A stretch of 31,778 nucleotides of DNA from positions 1 through 31,778 of the forward strand of contig JAKFXO010000030.1 in assembly GCA_021731345.1 (NCBI GenBank), in the 5' to 3' direction. Under the pieces are notes generated by a model, which was not told where the DNA came from, did no database searches, and saw only the letters and a list, made by a program, of their open reading frames with translations. Made by a program: the position numbers and the translations under genes. Below, piece by piece: positions 1-8,690 of this stretch. Numbering within the stretch: position 1 is the first letter of the stretch; each line of letters begins with the position of its first letter. The stretch comes from Candidatus Peribacterales bacterium (GTDB taxonomy: Bacteria; Patescibacteriota; Gracilibacteria; Peribacterales; Peribacteraceae).

Positions 1-102
1 GCTCCAGGTGCAGAAGGCGCAGCAGCAGCTCCAGGTGCAGCAGCTCCAGCAGCCGATGCGAAGGCAGGCGCTCCAGCAGCCAAGGCTCCGGCCAAGAAAT
101 AA
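1..102 (+). CDS. 3' end of an upstream gene (partial) with an Ala/Pro/Lys-rich tail, possibly ribosomal protein bL25/Ctc
   Basis: Frame 1 reads APGAEGAAAAPGAAAPAADAKAGAPAAKAPAKK followed by TAA TAA (100-105). The product guess rests only on the similarity of such tails to bL25 C-termini. Confidence 0.55.
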   Translation, partial: APGAEGAAAAPGAAAPAADAKAGAPAAKAPAKK

Positions 103-145
103 TAAGAAGTCTAGGTCTAACCTCAATGCGATTGAGCTCTTTCAA

Positions 146-178
146 AGAAGCCTCCGCATTTTCGCAGAGGCCGCTTCT
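146..178. terminator. Imperfect hairpin between convergent genes
   Basis: AGAAGC/GCTTCT and GCCTC/GAGGC arms lie between the stop at 102 and the hpf stop at 196. No clear U-tract. Confidence 0.3.
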
Positions 179-195
179 GTATTCGGTGATCGTTC

Positions 196-558
196 TTACT
201 CCGCAAGGCTCCTCTTTTTCTGACGAGCAGCCATGTGAGCTTTGGCACGTCCGCTGTGCATCTCTTTGTACTTGGTGATCTGTGGCTCAAGCTTTTCAAT
301 ACAGCTATCGAGAGCCTCAAGCGGCATGTACTTGCGAGACTCAACACGAAAAATCTTCTTCGGAAGATGCACTGTGACCATAACCTTGACCTGGTCGCGG
401 TCTTTTTTCGTATCACGCTTCTCAGCTTCGACACGAATGCTCGATCCTTCATCCTTCAGAAAACGGCAGTATGTAGCCAGTTTTCCAATTTTCTTGGCGA
501 GGAGGATGAGCTCTTCGTCGTTGTAGCGGACTCCTTTCTCAAAGTGTTCGACATGCAT
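196..558 (-). CDS. hpf: Ribosome hibernation promoting factor (HPF/RaiA, short form)
   Basis: Pattern KKIGKLATY...VTVHLPKKIFRVES...EALDSCIEKLEPQITKYKE matches the HPF/YfiA fold. Start moved to ATG 558 (MHVEHF) because the 35-aa upstream extension in the ORF track is not HPF-like. Confidence 0.85.
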   Translation of the reverse strand: MHVEHFEKGVRYNDEELILLAKKIGKLATYCRFLKDEGSSIRVEAEKRDTKKDRDQVKVMVTVHLPKKIFRVESRKYMPLEALDSCIEKLEPQITKYKEMHSGRAKAHMAARQKKRSLAE

Positions 559-638
559 GGTAATGATGCGGAAAATGGTAGACGCACCGTACCAGAGCCC
601 CTGTTCAGGGGCATCTTCCAAAAAATGGTGTTTTAAGG

Positions 639-644
639 TATAAT
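639..644 (+). promoter_or_regulatory. Sigma70-type -10 box for the 671-4033 operon
   Basis: Perfect TATAAT 26 nt upstream of ATG 671. Confidence 0.6.
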
Positions 645-670
645 ACTTAACGAAAACACACACTCACTCC

Positions 671-886
671 ATGGACCTCCAGACACTCTCTGGCAAAGTG
701 CGGCTCAGCCGTTTGCTCACAGAATCCGAACGCGAGTATTGGGTAACTAATCTCGCAACGATGTCCGATGAGCAACTTCTAAAACTAGAGGCAATTTTGC
801 AGGAAGCACAGGAACTCTCATGGACTACATCCATGCAGACGTACATGTCCATCGCGCACAAAGCGACTGCGGCGCTCGCCGCGTAA
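671..886 (+). CDS. Small helical hypothetical protein (71 aa)
   Basis: ATG start after a TATAAT box, first gene of a tightly spaced run, amphipathic helical pattern (EREYWVTNLATMSDEQLLKLEAIL). Confidence 0.7.
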   Translation: MDLQTLSGKVRLSRLLTESEREYWVTNLATMSDEQLLKLEAILQEAQELSWTTSMQTYMSIAHKATAALAA

Positions 887-901
887 TTTCCCCATTGTTG
901 T

Positions 902-2014
902 ATGCCTGAAAATTCTCCCATCGAAGCGTCACGAGGCACCCCGGAAAGTCCGGAGGTCAGAAATCCTCGACAAGAACTCCTCAAGCTCAAAGAGCTAGTT
1001 GAGCTTGGCCAGTTCGATGCAACAGTTGATTCGCTCATGGGAACCGCAGTGGAAAAGAAAGACGTACCGGCTGTAAAGATCGATGCATTCGTGCGTTCAC
1101 TGAGCGCTACCGAACAGGCCGCTCTCGAAAAGTTCTTGGAAGGTAAGCCTGCTGACGAGCGCGCCGCTGCACTACGTACAAAACTACAGGCTCTGAAAAC
1201 AATCACTCCACCAACTGCGTCCGAAGCCGCTGGAAAAGCTGTAGAGACTCTATCCAGCCTCTCTGAGCCTGCACAGAAAGTGGTCGCTATGCTCGACAAA
1301 AGCATCGAACGCCTCACCGCTGGCGGTAAGCTCAACCAGATTGCTGCCAAGATCGGATTCAAGGGTGAGATCGGACCGGCACAGCTCGACTTCGTGAAAA
1401 ACTTTTTCCTCGGTTACGCAGCCAAGCTCTTTGAGGGCGTGACAGGCTCACTCCGCAAAGTGAATCCGACGGTCGATATTTCCAAAGTGCTCAATCTTCC
1501 ACTCGAACTTAGGCTCATCAATATCAAAGACCCTGTTCAGAAGGCTAAGTACAAAGCTGCGTACCTAAAGCGTGCAAAGGAATCGACAGGCGTCTTTATC
1601 GCGCCAACACTCGATGAAGCGCTGAACCCGCAGGCAGCCGCACCAGTACAACCTGCAACCAAGCCTGCCGAAGCTACGCCGGCAGCACCTTCTGCAGGAG
1701 AAAAAGTGGAAGCAAAGCGCATCGTGAAACTCACGGACGGAACGATCTTCGACATTGAACGCGGTAGCGACAAAAAAACGATCATCACGGCTGCTGGTAC
1801 GAAAGCCGAAGTGAAAGTTGCAGGTGGTGAAACCCTCGACATTCTGGCACTCGACGCCAAAGACAAAGAAAAGGCCGTCGTGACGTTCAAGCTTGTCGAT
1901 AACCGTTCCATCGCAGTCGACGCAGAAGCCCTCAGAAACGCCGTGCAGAAGAAAGAGAAGTCTCTGACGACTGCCGAAGGCATCAAGATTGAACTTACTG
2001 AAATCAAAAACTAA
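902..2014 (+). CDS. Hypothetical protein (370 aa): helical N-domain, Pro/Ala linker, beta-rich C-domain
   Basis: Long ORF whose stop overlaps the next start (TAATG at 2012-2016). No recognisable family. Confidence 0.85.
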   Translation: MPENSPIEASRGTPESPEVRNPRQELLKLKELVELGQFDATVDSLMGTAVEKKDVPAVKIDAFVRSLSATEQAALEKFLEGKPADERAAALRTKLQALKTITPPTASEAAGKAVETLSSLSEPAQKVVAMLDKSIERLTAGGKLNQIAAKIGFKGEIGPAQLDFVKNFFLGYAAKLFEGVTGSLRKVNPTVDISKVLNLPLELRLINIKDPVQKAKYKAAYLKRAKESTGVFIAPTLDEALNPQAAAPVQPATKPAEATPAAPSAGEKVEAKRIVKLTDGTIFDIERGSDKKTIITAAGTKAEVKVAGGETLDILALDAKDKEKAVVTFKLVDNRSIAVDAEALRNAVQKKEKSLTTAEGIKIELTEIKN

Positions 2015-3420
2015 TGCCAACTCCTGAAGTAGTACCGGCGCTTTCGCCTGCTGAGCAGCTGGCTGAGATCGTGAAGACTCAGCCAAATCAGGAGATTGAA
2101 TCCCAAATTAGACAAAGTTCGCTCAGCCAACTTGATGCGATGGCACGCGTGATAGAGGAGAAAAGGATCGTTATTAATGAGAGCGCACGAGCCCTCATTC
2201 GGACACAGTATGATGTCTTGGAAAGTGCCAGAAAGAATGAGATAGAACGACTGGCAACTGATCAAAAAACTGAAAAACAACTAGAAGTTGCTTCAAATCG
2301 TCTCAAGCATCTTCATCTCATTCGCCTTCTTGAAATCAAAGCTCCCATAGAGCCAGGTACGTCTCGACTAGATTTTGCAGCATCTCTCCTCAGCGGCGTT
2401 GTAGAAAGAACAAAAGATATTCCTGTTCTCAAGCATGTTGCAGGACTCCTGAAAGGAATCAGAGGTCGCTCCATCGAACGCGTTTGGTACACAATGCTCG
2501 CAACATTCGAAAAAAATCCTACGATTGCAACATCTGCAGGAAACGCAATGCTTGGCTCGTTAGGCCTGCTTATCGGCACGCTCGGCCTGAACTTTGGTGC
2601 ACGAAAGCGCCTTCTCGAAATTGATGTTCTCGATGCAATCGACGGTGAGAAACTCGTTGGTGAGAACATTACATTTTCCGGTGTCGCTCCAGGAGATCTG
2701 GAGAAATTTAAAGACAAGCTGACAACTGCCAATATCCCAGAACTAACAACCAGGTATCTCCGTGACCAGCGAAAGCTGATCGCAGCGGGCTCCCCTATCA
2801 CTGTCTCACTGGAAGCCATTCTCAATCCTGAAGCCACGCAAAAAAAACTTGCTGAACAAGCTCTAGAGACGAAAAAGAATGCTGTTATCGAACAGTTGAA
2901 GCCGCTCAACATCGCACTCGTAACGTTTGGCTCACCAGTTGTAGCCAAGCGTAATAATGCTGGACGTTTTGAAATCACTGTTCCAGAAAACGATGCGGCA
3001 ATGGCCTCACCGGAAGTGCGTAAGCTTCAGGAAGCGATGGCAAATTTGACGAATGCAAAAGAGATTACGATTGTCTCAGAGAAAGAGCATCTGACACTCG
3101 ACCTCGCCACCAAGACTGCCGCGATACCTGTGAATGCGGCTGGTATTACCGAATCACTGAACCGTGGATTCTCGTACAGCAACCCACGTCTTGAAAAAAT
3201 CGTTTTCGCTACGCCAGCAGAACTACCGATCGGCATCATGCAAGCAAAGTTTGATTCCGGCACGCTGCTTCTTGGGGCACATCCGTTACGCACTCAATCC
3301 CTTGAGCAAATCAGTGGACTAGAACCACTGTTGGCATCTGCGCAGAACGGCACGCTCTTCACATTCCAAAACGGCAGCTGGGCAGCCCCAGCTCTGCCAA
3401 CTTCGATCCCGACTCCCTAA
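2014..3420 (+). CDS. Hypothetical protein (468 aa) with one internal hydrophobic segment; probable distant paralog of 902-2014
   Basis: Long ORF with hydrophobic stretch AMLGSLGLLIGTLGLNF. Shares motifs with the upstream protein (see findings). Confidence 0.85.
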   Translation: MPTPEVVPALSPAEQLAEIVKTQPNQEIESQIRQSSLSQLDAMARVIEEKRIVINESARALIRTQYDVLESARKNEIERLATDQKTEKQLEVASNRLKHLHLIRLLEIKAPIEPGTSRLDFAASLLSGVVERTKDIPVLKHVAGLLKGIRGRSIERVWYTMLATFEKNPTIATSAGNAMLGSLGLLIGTLGLNFGARKRLLEIDVLDAIDGEKLVGENITFSGVAPGDLEKFKDKLTTANIPELTTRYLRDQRKLIAAGSPITVSLEAILNPEATQKKLAEQALETKKNAVIEQLKPLNIALVTFGSPVVAKRNNAGRFEITVPENDAAMASPEVRKLQEAMANLTNAKEITIVSEKEHLTLDLATKTAAIPVNAAGITESLNRGFSYSNPRLEKIVFATPAELPIGIMQAKFDSGTLLLGAHPLRTQSLEQISGLEPLLASAQNGTLFTFQNGSWAAPALPTSIPTP

Positions 3421-3430
3421 CCCTTTTACT

Positions 3431-4033
3431 ATGGACGCATCCGCAGCAGAGAAGCCAAAAGAAAATATCTCAGAAGTACCGGCAGATAAGCGTGATGCAC
3501 TAGCCGCGCTAAAAACAAAACTTGGAACTCAGAATCCTGTTATGGTAGAAAAACTGGATCCGACAAATAAGAGTGCTGTGCTCACGGAACTGAGGGGGCT
3601 GAGTCGAATGGTAACGGAGGGCCGTGTGACAGGCGTGACAAAAGTAGAAATTGATAAGATGCATGATGAGATTGAAGGCGCGACACTCATCAGCACACGC
3701 CCCATCGAAGAACTCGCTCAGAGCGGACTCGATGCATTTAATAAGCTTGATCCCATGGTCAAGCAAGCAGCGATCGGTACAGCTACCGTAGGAGGTACTG
3801 CTCTGGGACTCTTTGGTATCGTCAAATTGTTTAAGAGGACGGGAAAGGCAATAGTGAAGGGGTGGGATACAACCCTCGATGTAGCCGAGGCTGGTGCAAA
3901 GAAAATTGGTAGCCTAGTCATGTCGATGATAAAAATTGCGGGTACAGCAGGCGTGGGTGCATTGACGCTTTTCGGTCTGCAGCGCTTCTTTCAAGGACAG
4001 GCTCCTACCGAATCTACGGAGAAGAAGTCCTAA
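3431..4033 (+). CDS. Hypothetical membrane protein (200 aa) with two Gly-rich hydrophobic helices
   Basis: AAIGTATVGGTALGLFGIVKLF and IAGTAGVGALTLFGLQRFF in the C-terminal half. No N-terminal signal peptide. Confidence 0.8.
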   Translation: MDASAAEKPKENISEVPADKRDALAALKTKLGTQNPVMVEKLDPTNKSAVLTELRGLSRMVTEGRVTGVTKVEIDKMHDEIEGATLISTRPIEELAQSGLDAFNKLDPMVKQAAIGTATVGGTALGLFGIVKLFKRTGKAIVKGWDTTLDVAEAGAKKIGSLVMSMIKIAGTAGVGALTLFGLQRFFQGQAPTESTEKKS

Positions 4034-4048
4034 GGGTAGAATGCGGCT

Positions 4049-4843
4049 ATGCCGCTCTCGTACTCACAGCTTCAGACGTATCAACGCTGTCCAAAGCAGT
4101 ACGAATTTGCGGTGGTGAAGAAAATTAGTAGGTCGATCAGCGCAGGTGAGAGTTTTGGCAGCAGCATTCATAATACGCTGCGTCGTTTCGGCGAATTAGA
4201 GATGGCAATTGATGGCTCAGGCAAGCGGGAGAAGCCACTGCAACTCTTCACAGAAGAATCCACGCACGATATGGAGACTGAGCTGACTCTAACAACACTT
4301 CTGACGCTCTGGCGAGAATGCTTCATAGCGCATGGGTACGCATCCAAAGTAGAAATGGACCAAAAATTTGCCCAAGGTGAAAGAGCTCTCGCAAAATTTT
4401 TTGATTGGTGGAATGAGAAGAAAAGAACGGTCGTCTGCATCGAAAAAAGTTTTAAGTTCCCCGTCGCAGGAACAAAAGACATCCTTGCAGGTCGGTTTGA
4501 TCGAATTGAGCGCAATGAGGAAGGGCTTCACATTATCGATTTCAAATCATCGAACCCGAGACCCCAAGAAAGCCTTGATACTGATTTGCAGCTGTCGGTC
4601 TACGCGCTGGCATCCAAGACCATCTGGCCTGATCCAATCGCAAAACTGACGCTGCTGTTCGTCACAGAAGAGGGCTGCATCGAGCACAGTACAACCCGAT
4701 CAACATCCCAACTCACAGACGCACTGACTAACATTCGTCTGGTGGCAGCACACATGGATGCTAAGGACTTCACAGCTACGCCATCGATCGAAAAATGTCG
4801 TCACTGTCCGTACCGCTCCATCTGCCCTGCAAGCGCTATCTAA
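4049..4843 (+). CDS. PD-(D/E)XK nuclease, RecB/AddB/Cas4-like, with probable 4Fe-4S cluster
   Basis: LSYSQLQTYQRCP, GSSIH, GRFDRIE...IIDFKS, QLSVYA, and C-terminal CRHCPYRSIC (4 Cys in total). Confidence 0.88.
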   Translation: MPLSYSQLQTYQRCPKQYEFAVVKKISRSISAGESFGSSIHNTLRRFGELEMAIDGSGKREKPLQLFTEESTHDMETELTLTTLLTLWRECFIAHGYASKVEMDQKFAQGERALAKFFDWWNEKKRTVVCIEKSFKFPVAGTKDILAGRFDRIERNEEGLHIIDFKSSNPRPQESLDTDLQLSVYALASKTIWPDPIAKLTLLFVTEEGCIEHSTTRSTSQLTDALTNIRLVAAHMDAKDFTATPSIEKCRHCPYRSICPASAI

Positions 4844-5589
4844 AATGCTACGCCTGCAAAACTCTTCAGCGCCATTCCGACATAGTAGGCGGTAAACGCA
4901 CAGATCGATCCGACGCTGAGAATTTCTAGTGGCCCACGAATAAGACGTTCACGAGTGACCCAGCTACGCAGCAAGCCCACAACGAGAAGTGCAATGCCTG
5001 CGGCAATCGTTGTCACCAAAAAACGTAACGCATCAGGAATAGGCAATAGATATGGAGCAATGGGAATGCTGCCGAAGAGGACGAATGAGACAAATGTCAT
5101 AATGGCGTGCCACATCGGCGTACCATCTTCATCAGGAGCTAAGCCATGCTCTTCTCGCATCATAGTGTCAGCCCACACACTCTTATCGGACGTAATGACA
5201 TCAGTCACACGATCCAGATCAGCACCTTTGAATCCCTTCGCCTCAAAAATTTCACGAATCTCCTCGCGTTCAATGTCTGGAATTTCTTCCATCTCACGAA
5301 GCTCTTCTTTTAAAAGTCTCTGATAATTGTCCTGACGAGATTTGCCAGATAGATAATTGCCAAGCCCCATGGAAAGACCATCAGCAAGAACGTTGGCAAA
5401 GCCCAAAATAATGACAATATGCGAAGCAAGCTCAGCCCCAGCGACTCCTGACACAACAGCAAATGTCGTCACAATGCCGTCATTCGCGCCATACACGATA
5501 TCGTGAATGTACGGCCCTAGCGTGCTGCCATGCGGTTCTTCCGCGCGGTGACGTGCGAGTGCCTTCTTGATATCGGTACGATCCATCAT
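4840..5589 (-). CDS. VIT1/CCC1 family Fe/Mn transporter
   Basis: DIVYGANDGIVTTFAVVSGVAGA, ADGLSMGLGNYLS, an acidic cytoplasmic metal-binding region (EELREMEEIPDIEREE...MMREEHG) and 5 TM segments. Confidence 0.92.
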   Translation of the reverse strand: MMDRTDIKKALARHRAEEPHGSTLGPYIHDIVYGANDGIVTTFAVVSGVAGAELASHIVIILGFANVLADGLSMGLGNYLSGKSRQDNYQRLLKEELREMEEIPDIEREEIREIFEAKGFKGADLDRVTDVITSDKSVWADTMMREEHGLAPDEDGTPMWHAIMTFVSFVLFGSIPIAPYLLPIPDALRFLVTTIAAGIALLVVGLLRSWVTRERLIRGPLEILSVGSICAFTAYYVGMALKSFAGVAF

Positions 5590-5607
5590 ACACTCATGAT
5601 ACCACGC

Positions 5608-6141
5608 CTATTTTTTTGGCGGATGCTTCTTGGCGCTGTAGTTTTCCTGATCCCTAAGAGCTTTTACAGCTTCTTTGAGGTCGGGACGGAAACGTACAAG
5701 AATCTCGATGCCTGCTTCTTTCACAAAGTTACCGTCGATCTCCTGCATGAGAATCTTCTGAATAGCTGGTGTCATGTGAGCACGGATCTCAGAGAGGAAT
5801 TTTGCAGGAGCCGAAATGTGCACTGCCTGAATCCCCTGTTCGCGAATGCTCTTCTCAATGTGCTTGATGAGATCATTTGCGAACGCTTTCATGCGGTGCT
5901 TCTCCACAGGGTTCATGTCGCCTGTGCCTGAGACCATGCCTCCACCTGTCATACCTGCTGGGCTCCTCGTCTGACCCTGCTTATCCGAAAACTCCGGCTC
6001 TGCAGACTCAATGACCTCCTTCTCTGCAATAGTGTGACCACCAACGTCCAAAAGACGACAGTGGTGCGAATCGCAAACGACGAGAAGCGTCGGCTTGTCG
6101 ACATCTGGCATGGCATCGGGGAGACGAACGGTGTGGGACAT
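5608..6141 (-). CDS. Host-attachment / baeRF (eRF1-like) family protein
   Basis: LLVVCDSHHCRLL...EFSDKQG...FANDLIKHI...VHISAPAKFLSEIR...EIDGNFVK fits the Host_attach pattern. First in-frame ATG is at 6141; the track start at 6168 is TTG. Confidence 0.75.
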   Translation of the reverse strand: MSHTVRLPDAMPDVDKPTLLVVCDSHHCRLLDVGGHTIAEKEVIESAEPEFSDKQGQTRSPAGMTGGGMVSGTGDMNPVEKHRMKAFANDLIKHIEKSIREQGIQAVHISAPAKFLSEIRAHMTPAIQKILMQEIDGNFVKEAGIEILVRFRPDLKEAVKALRDQENYSAKKHPPKK

Positions 6142-6259
6142 TGGATGTGTGGAAGGAATGCCGGACAATCCTGCATCTTGGCTCTCAAAATGACAAGAGA
6201 CAATGAATGAAGCAGCTGGCGTCGGAGCCTTTCAATGGCAGAAAAGCTGGCTTTCTAGC

Positions 6260-6287
6260 TTGAAGGAAGGCGTTTGTTGGCTATACT
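6260..6287 (+). promoter_or_regulatory. Sigma70 promoter of tRNA-Glu
   Basis: TTGAAG (6260-6265), 16-nt spacer, TATACT (6282-6287), then a GC-rich discriminator. Confidence 0.65.
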
Positions 6288-6309
6288 GGCTCAGCTCTTT
6301 CAAGCCTGT

Positions 6310-6384
6310 GGCTCCATCGTCTAATGGTTAGGACACTTGGTTCTCATCCAGGAAATCGGAGTTCGATCCTCCGTGGGGCTACCA
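6310..6384 (+). tRNA. tRNA-Glu, anticodon CUC, CCA encoded
   Basis: Acceptor stem GGCTCCA/TGGGGCT, D-arm TCTAATGGTTAGGA, anticodon arm CTTGG-TTCTCAT-CCAGG, T-loop GTTCGATC, 3' ACCA. Confidence 0.96.
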
Positions 6385-6422
6385 CTTTCTGAAAGAGCTT
6401 TTTGTAATGAAACGAGACGGTC

Positions 6423-7814
6423 TTATATCTGATCGGACTTTTCAAGAGGAACAAATCGATACCGTGCAGGGAGAACGATCTGCAAAGAATCATCATTCAT
6501 GTCAGAAGAAGTCGTGAGAGGAAGATCAAGATAGCTGGAGAGAAATTTCTCAGCCTGGCCGCGGGACGATACGAGAATTTCTCCGCTACCAGATGCATGC
6601 TGTGTGATCTCTGAGACGGAAAGGCCGTAGCGAACGAGCTCATTGCGAAGCCTGTGTGCTGCGAGCCTATCTTTGGCCTGTGTGCTGATACTGATACTGG
6701 ACTGTGAAAGATACAGACCACGGCGTGTAAACAGGAGCTTCGCAAGCGTCTCCAGCTGTCCCCAATCCGACAACTCTCCAGACAGTGAATATGGAAGCAG
6801 AATGGCACCCGCGCCAATGACCTCTGCGGGTGGCAGGACAAATCCTCCCCGCTCGGCGTCTGCATAATCTCCGCCGACAGACGTGCTGAGGTGCATGGAC
6901 ACAATGCGTTCCTGCGGAACCGTAAGCACAGAACTTGCGAGCGCAACGAGGTCGCCAGATGACAATGTCCATTCTGCATGTTTCTCGATGACACCAAGAA
7001 CGGCTCGGGCAAGACCTAAGTTTTCGAGTGGATTCTGACTTTTGACCTGCTCCAAGAGCGCACCAAGAATCTGTTGCTGGCGCCTAGAGCGATCAAAGTC
7101 AGACGTCGAATGACGACTACGTGCGTATTTGAGCGCAGTTTCGCCATCAAGACGCTGAACCCCCTGGGGCAAGCTAAACTTGCCGACAACACCTTCTTTC
7201 AAAGGATATGTGTAATCAGTGAGAGCCTCGGCCACATCGATCTCAACCCCACCGAATGCATCAATAATCTCACTGAATGCTGTGAAGTCGACTTTGATGA
7301 CGCCATGAATTTGCACGCCAAGTTTGGAACCAAGTTCTGTGCGCAAAATATTCATCGCGGCAAGCGAAGCTCCGCTTGCCGAGGCACCTTCACGAACTAG
7401 GCGGTTACGGACATTGGCATAAAAAGCATTGATGCGTGCGTCTTGAGCCTGCTCAGAATCAACAAGATAGAGATCGCGCGGGAGCGACAGGAAAACAATA
7501 CTGCGCGTTGCAGGTTCGATGCTGGCGATGATGATGGAATCCGTAAGACTCGCTCCAGCGTGATCTTTGTCCCCTACTCCGAGAAGCACAATATTGGTGC
7601 GACCTCCTTTATCATGCGGCAAAAATGTACGCGACACGCTGCTAGCCATACCGAACGCCACAGGCTGCAACACTCCCGACGCACCGATGACAGAAACAAG
7701 CAACAGAGCACACCACGCAAGGCCAATCAGGCCAACATGACGGTACTGAAACATCTTCACCATGCGCTGCCATGCGGAAATCTGAGGAGGCATTGTCTGG
7801 GGGTCAAAAGTCAT
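6423..7814 (-). CDS. LCP (LytR-CpsA-Psr) family glycopolymer transferase with C-terminal LytR_C-like domain
   Basis: N-terminal TM, RTNIVLLGVG, LTDSIIIAS, SLPRDLY, RINAFY, DGETALKYARSRHSTSDFDRSRRQQQIL. Exact start uncertain. Confidence 0.9.
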   Translation of the reverse strand: MTFDPQTMPPQISAWQRMVKMFQYRHVGLIGLAWCALLLVSVIGASGVLQPVAFGMASSVSRTFLPHDKGGRTNIVLLGVGDKDHAGASLTDSIIIASIEPATRSIVFLSLPRDLYLVDSEQAQDARINAFYANVRNRLVREGASASGASLAAMNILRTELGSKLGVQIHGVIKVDFTAFSEIIDAFGGVEIDVAEALTDYTYPLKEGVVGKFSLPQGVQRLDGETALKYARSRHSTSDFDRSRRQQQILGALLEQVKSQNPLENLGLARAVLGVIEKHAEWTLSSGDLVALASSVLTVPQERIVSMHLSTSVGGDYADAERGGFVLPPAEVIGAGAILLPYSLSGELSDWGQLETLAKLLFTRRGLYLSQSSISISTQAKDRLAAHRLRNELVRYGLSVSEITQHASGSGEILVSSRGQAEKFLSSYLDLPLTTSSDMNDDSLQIVLPARYRFVPLEKSDQI

Positions 7815-7908
7815 ACGGAAGTAAGACGTTGAAGCCGGGGAAAAGTTACGGTACTACAGAACCACTTTTTCGGCAATGGTCTAGCCCCGTGCACGGACAT
7901 GGCAAATT

Positions 7909-7927
7909 CACGAAAAAACTCTTCGTG
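7909..7927. terminator. Short hairpin after the ABC permease stop
   Basis: CACGAA-7nt-TTCGTG. A 10-bp palindrome CCGTGCACGG lies nearby at 7887-7896. Confidence 0.3.
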
Positions 7928-7937
7928 TTGTCATGCC

Positions 7938-8684
7938 TTACGCCTGAATTCTGGAGAAGAGCCAGCTTCCTATCCACATACACACTGCCGTGATGATGGA
8001 GAGAATAAGGAAATCGTTCATCAATCCGAAGTGCACGATTCCAGTGAGTGATCCACGAAGTCCGTCGACACCATACGAAAGAGGGTCGATTCGCGCGATG
8101 AGCTCAAGAATCTTTGGGGCGTTCTCCAGTGGAAACAACGCTCCTGAAAGAAAGAAAAGGGGCATGACGAGGAAGTTCATGATGAGCTGAAAACCCTGGA
8201 AGTCCTGCAGTGCCGATCCGAAGGCAGTACCGAGAGCGGTGAAGAGCAGTGCGATGAGAAACATGAATCCGAATGCCACCGGAACCATGGCAATACTTTC
8301 CGGACGAAACCCAGCGATGAAACAAATGGCAAAGACGATGAGACCCTGAAGCATGGCGACTGTAGCGCCGCCGAGCGTGCGACCTGCCATGATGGTGATG
8401 CGGGACACGGGTGCGACGAGCGTCTCTTTCAGGAATCCAAACTGACGATCCCAGATAATTTCGATACCGGAAAAAATTGCAGTGAACAAAATGCTCATCG
8501 CTATGACGCCGGGAGCTAGAAACATGATGTAATTGCCACCATTCGCCGCGGCGTAGGTTGGCCCAAAGCCAAAACCGAGTGCAAAGAGAAAGAGCAGTGG
8601 CTGGCCCAGTGACCCGACGATACGTGAGCGAGACCGGAGGTATCGCTTGATCTGCCTGAGCCAGAGAATATAGATGATCTGCAT
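7938..8684 (-). CDS. ABC-2 type exporter permease (DrrB-like)
   Basis: Six hydrophobic segments; FLAPGVIAM, EIIWDRQFGFLKETLVAPVSR, PLFFLSGALFP, PLSYGVDGLR. Confidence 0.92.
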   Translation of the reverse strand: MQIIYILWLRQIKRYLRSRSRIVGSLGQPLLFLFALGFGFGPTYAAANGGNYIMFLAPGVIAMSILFTAIFSGIEIIWDRQFGFLKETLVAPVSRITIMAGRTLGGATVAMLQGLIVFAICFIAGFRPESIAMVPVAFGFMFLIALLFTALGTAFGSALQDFQGFQLIMNFLVMPLFFLSGALFPLENAPKILELIARIDPLSYGVDGLRGSLTGIVHFGLMNDFLILSIITAVCMWIGSWLFSRIQA

Positions 8685-8690
8685 AAAGAT

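Noticed and set aside
8-223. Gln-rich 71-aa ORF in the track
   Set aside because: It is an off-frame reading of the GCA/CCA-rich Ala-Pro tail in frame 1 (1-102). The poly-Q is an artefact.
4049-4843. Cas4 of a CRISPR system
   Set aside because: No cas1/cas2 and no repeat-spacer array in the window.
6310-6422. tRNA as integration site of a genomic island
   Set aside because: No integrase and no duplicated tRNA 3' end seen. The flanking genes are ordinary.
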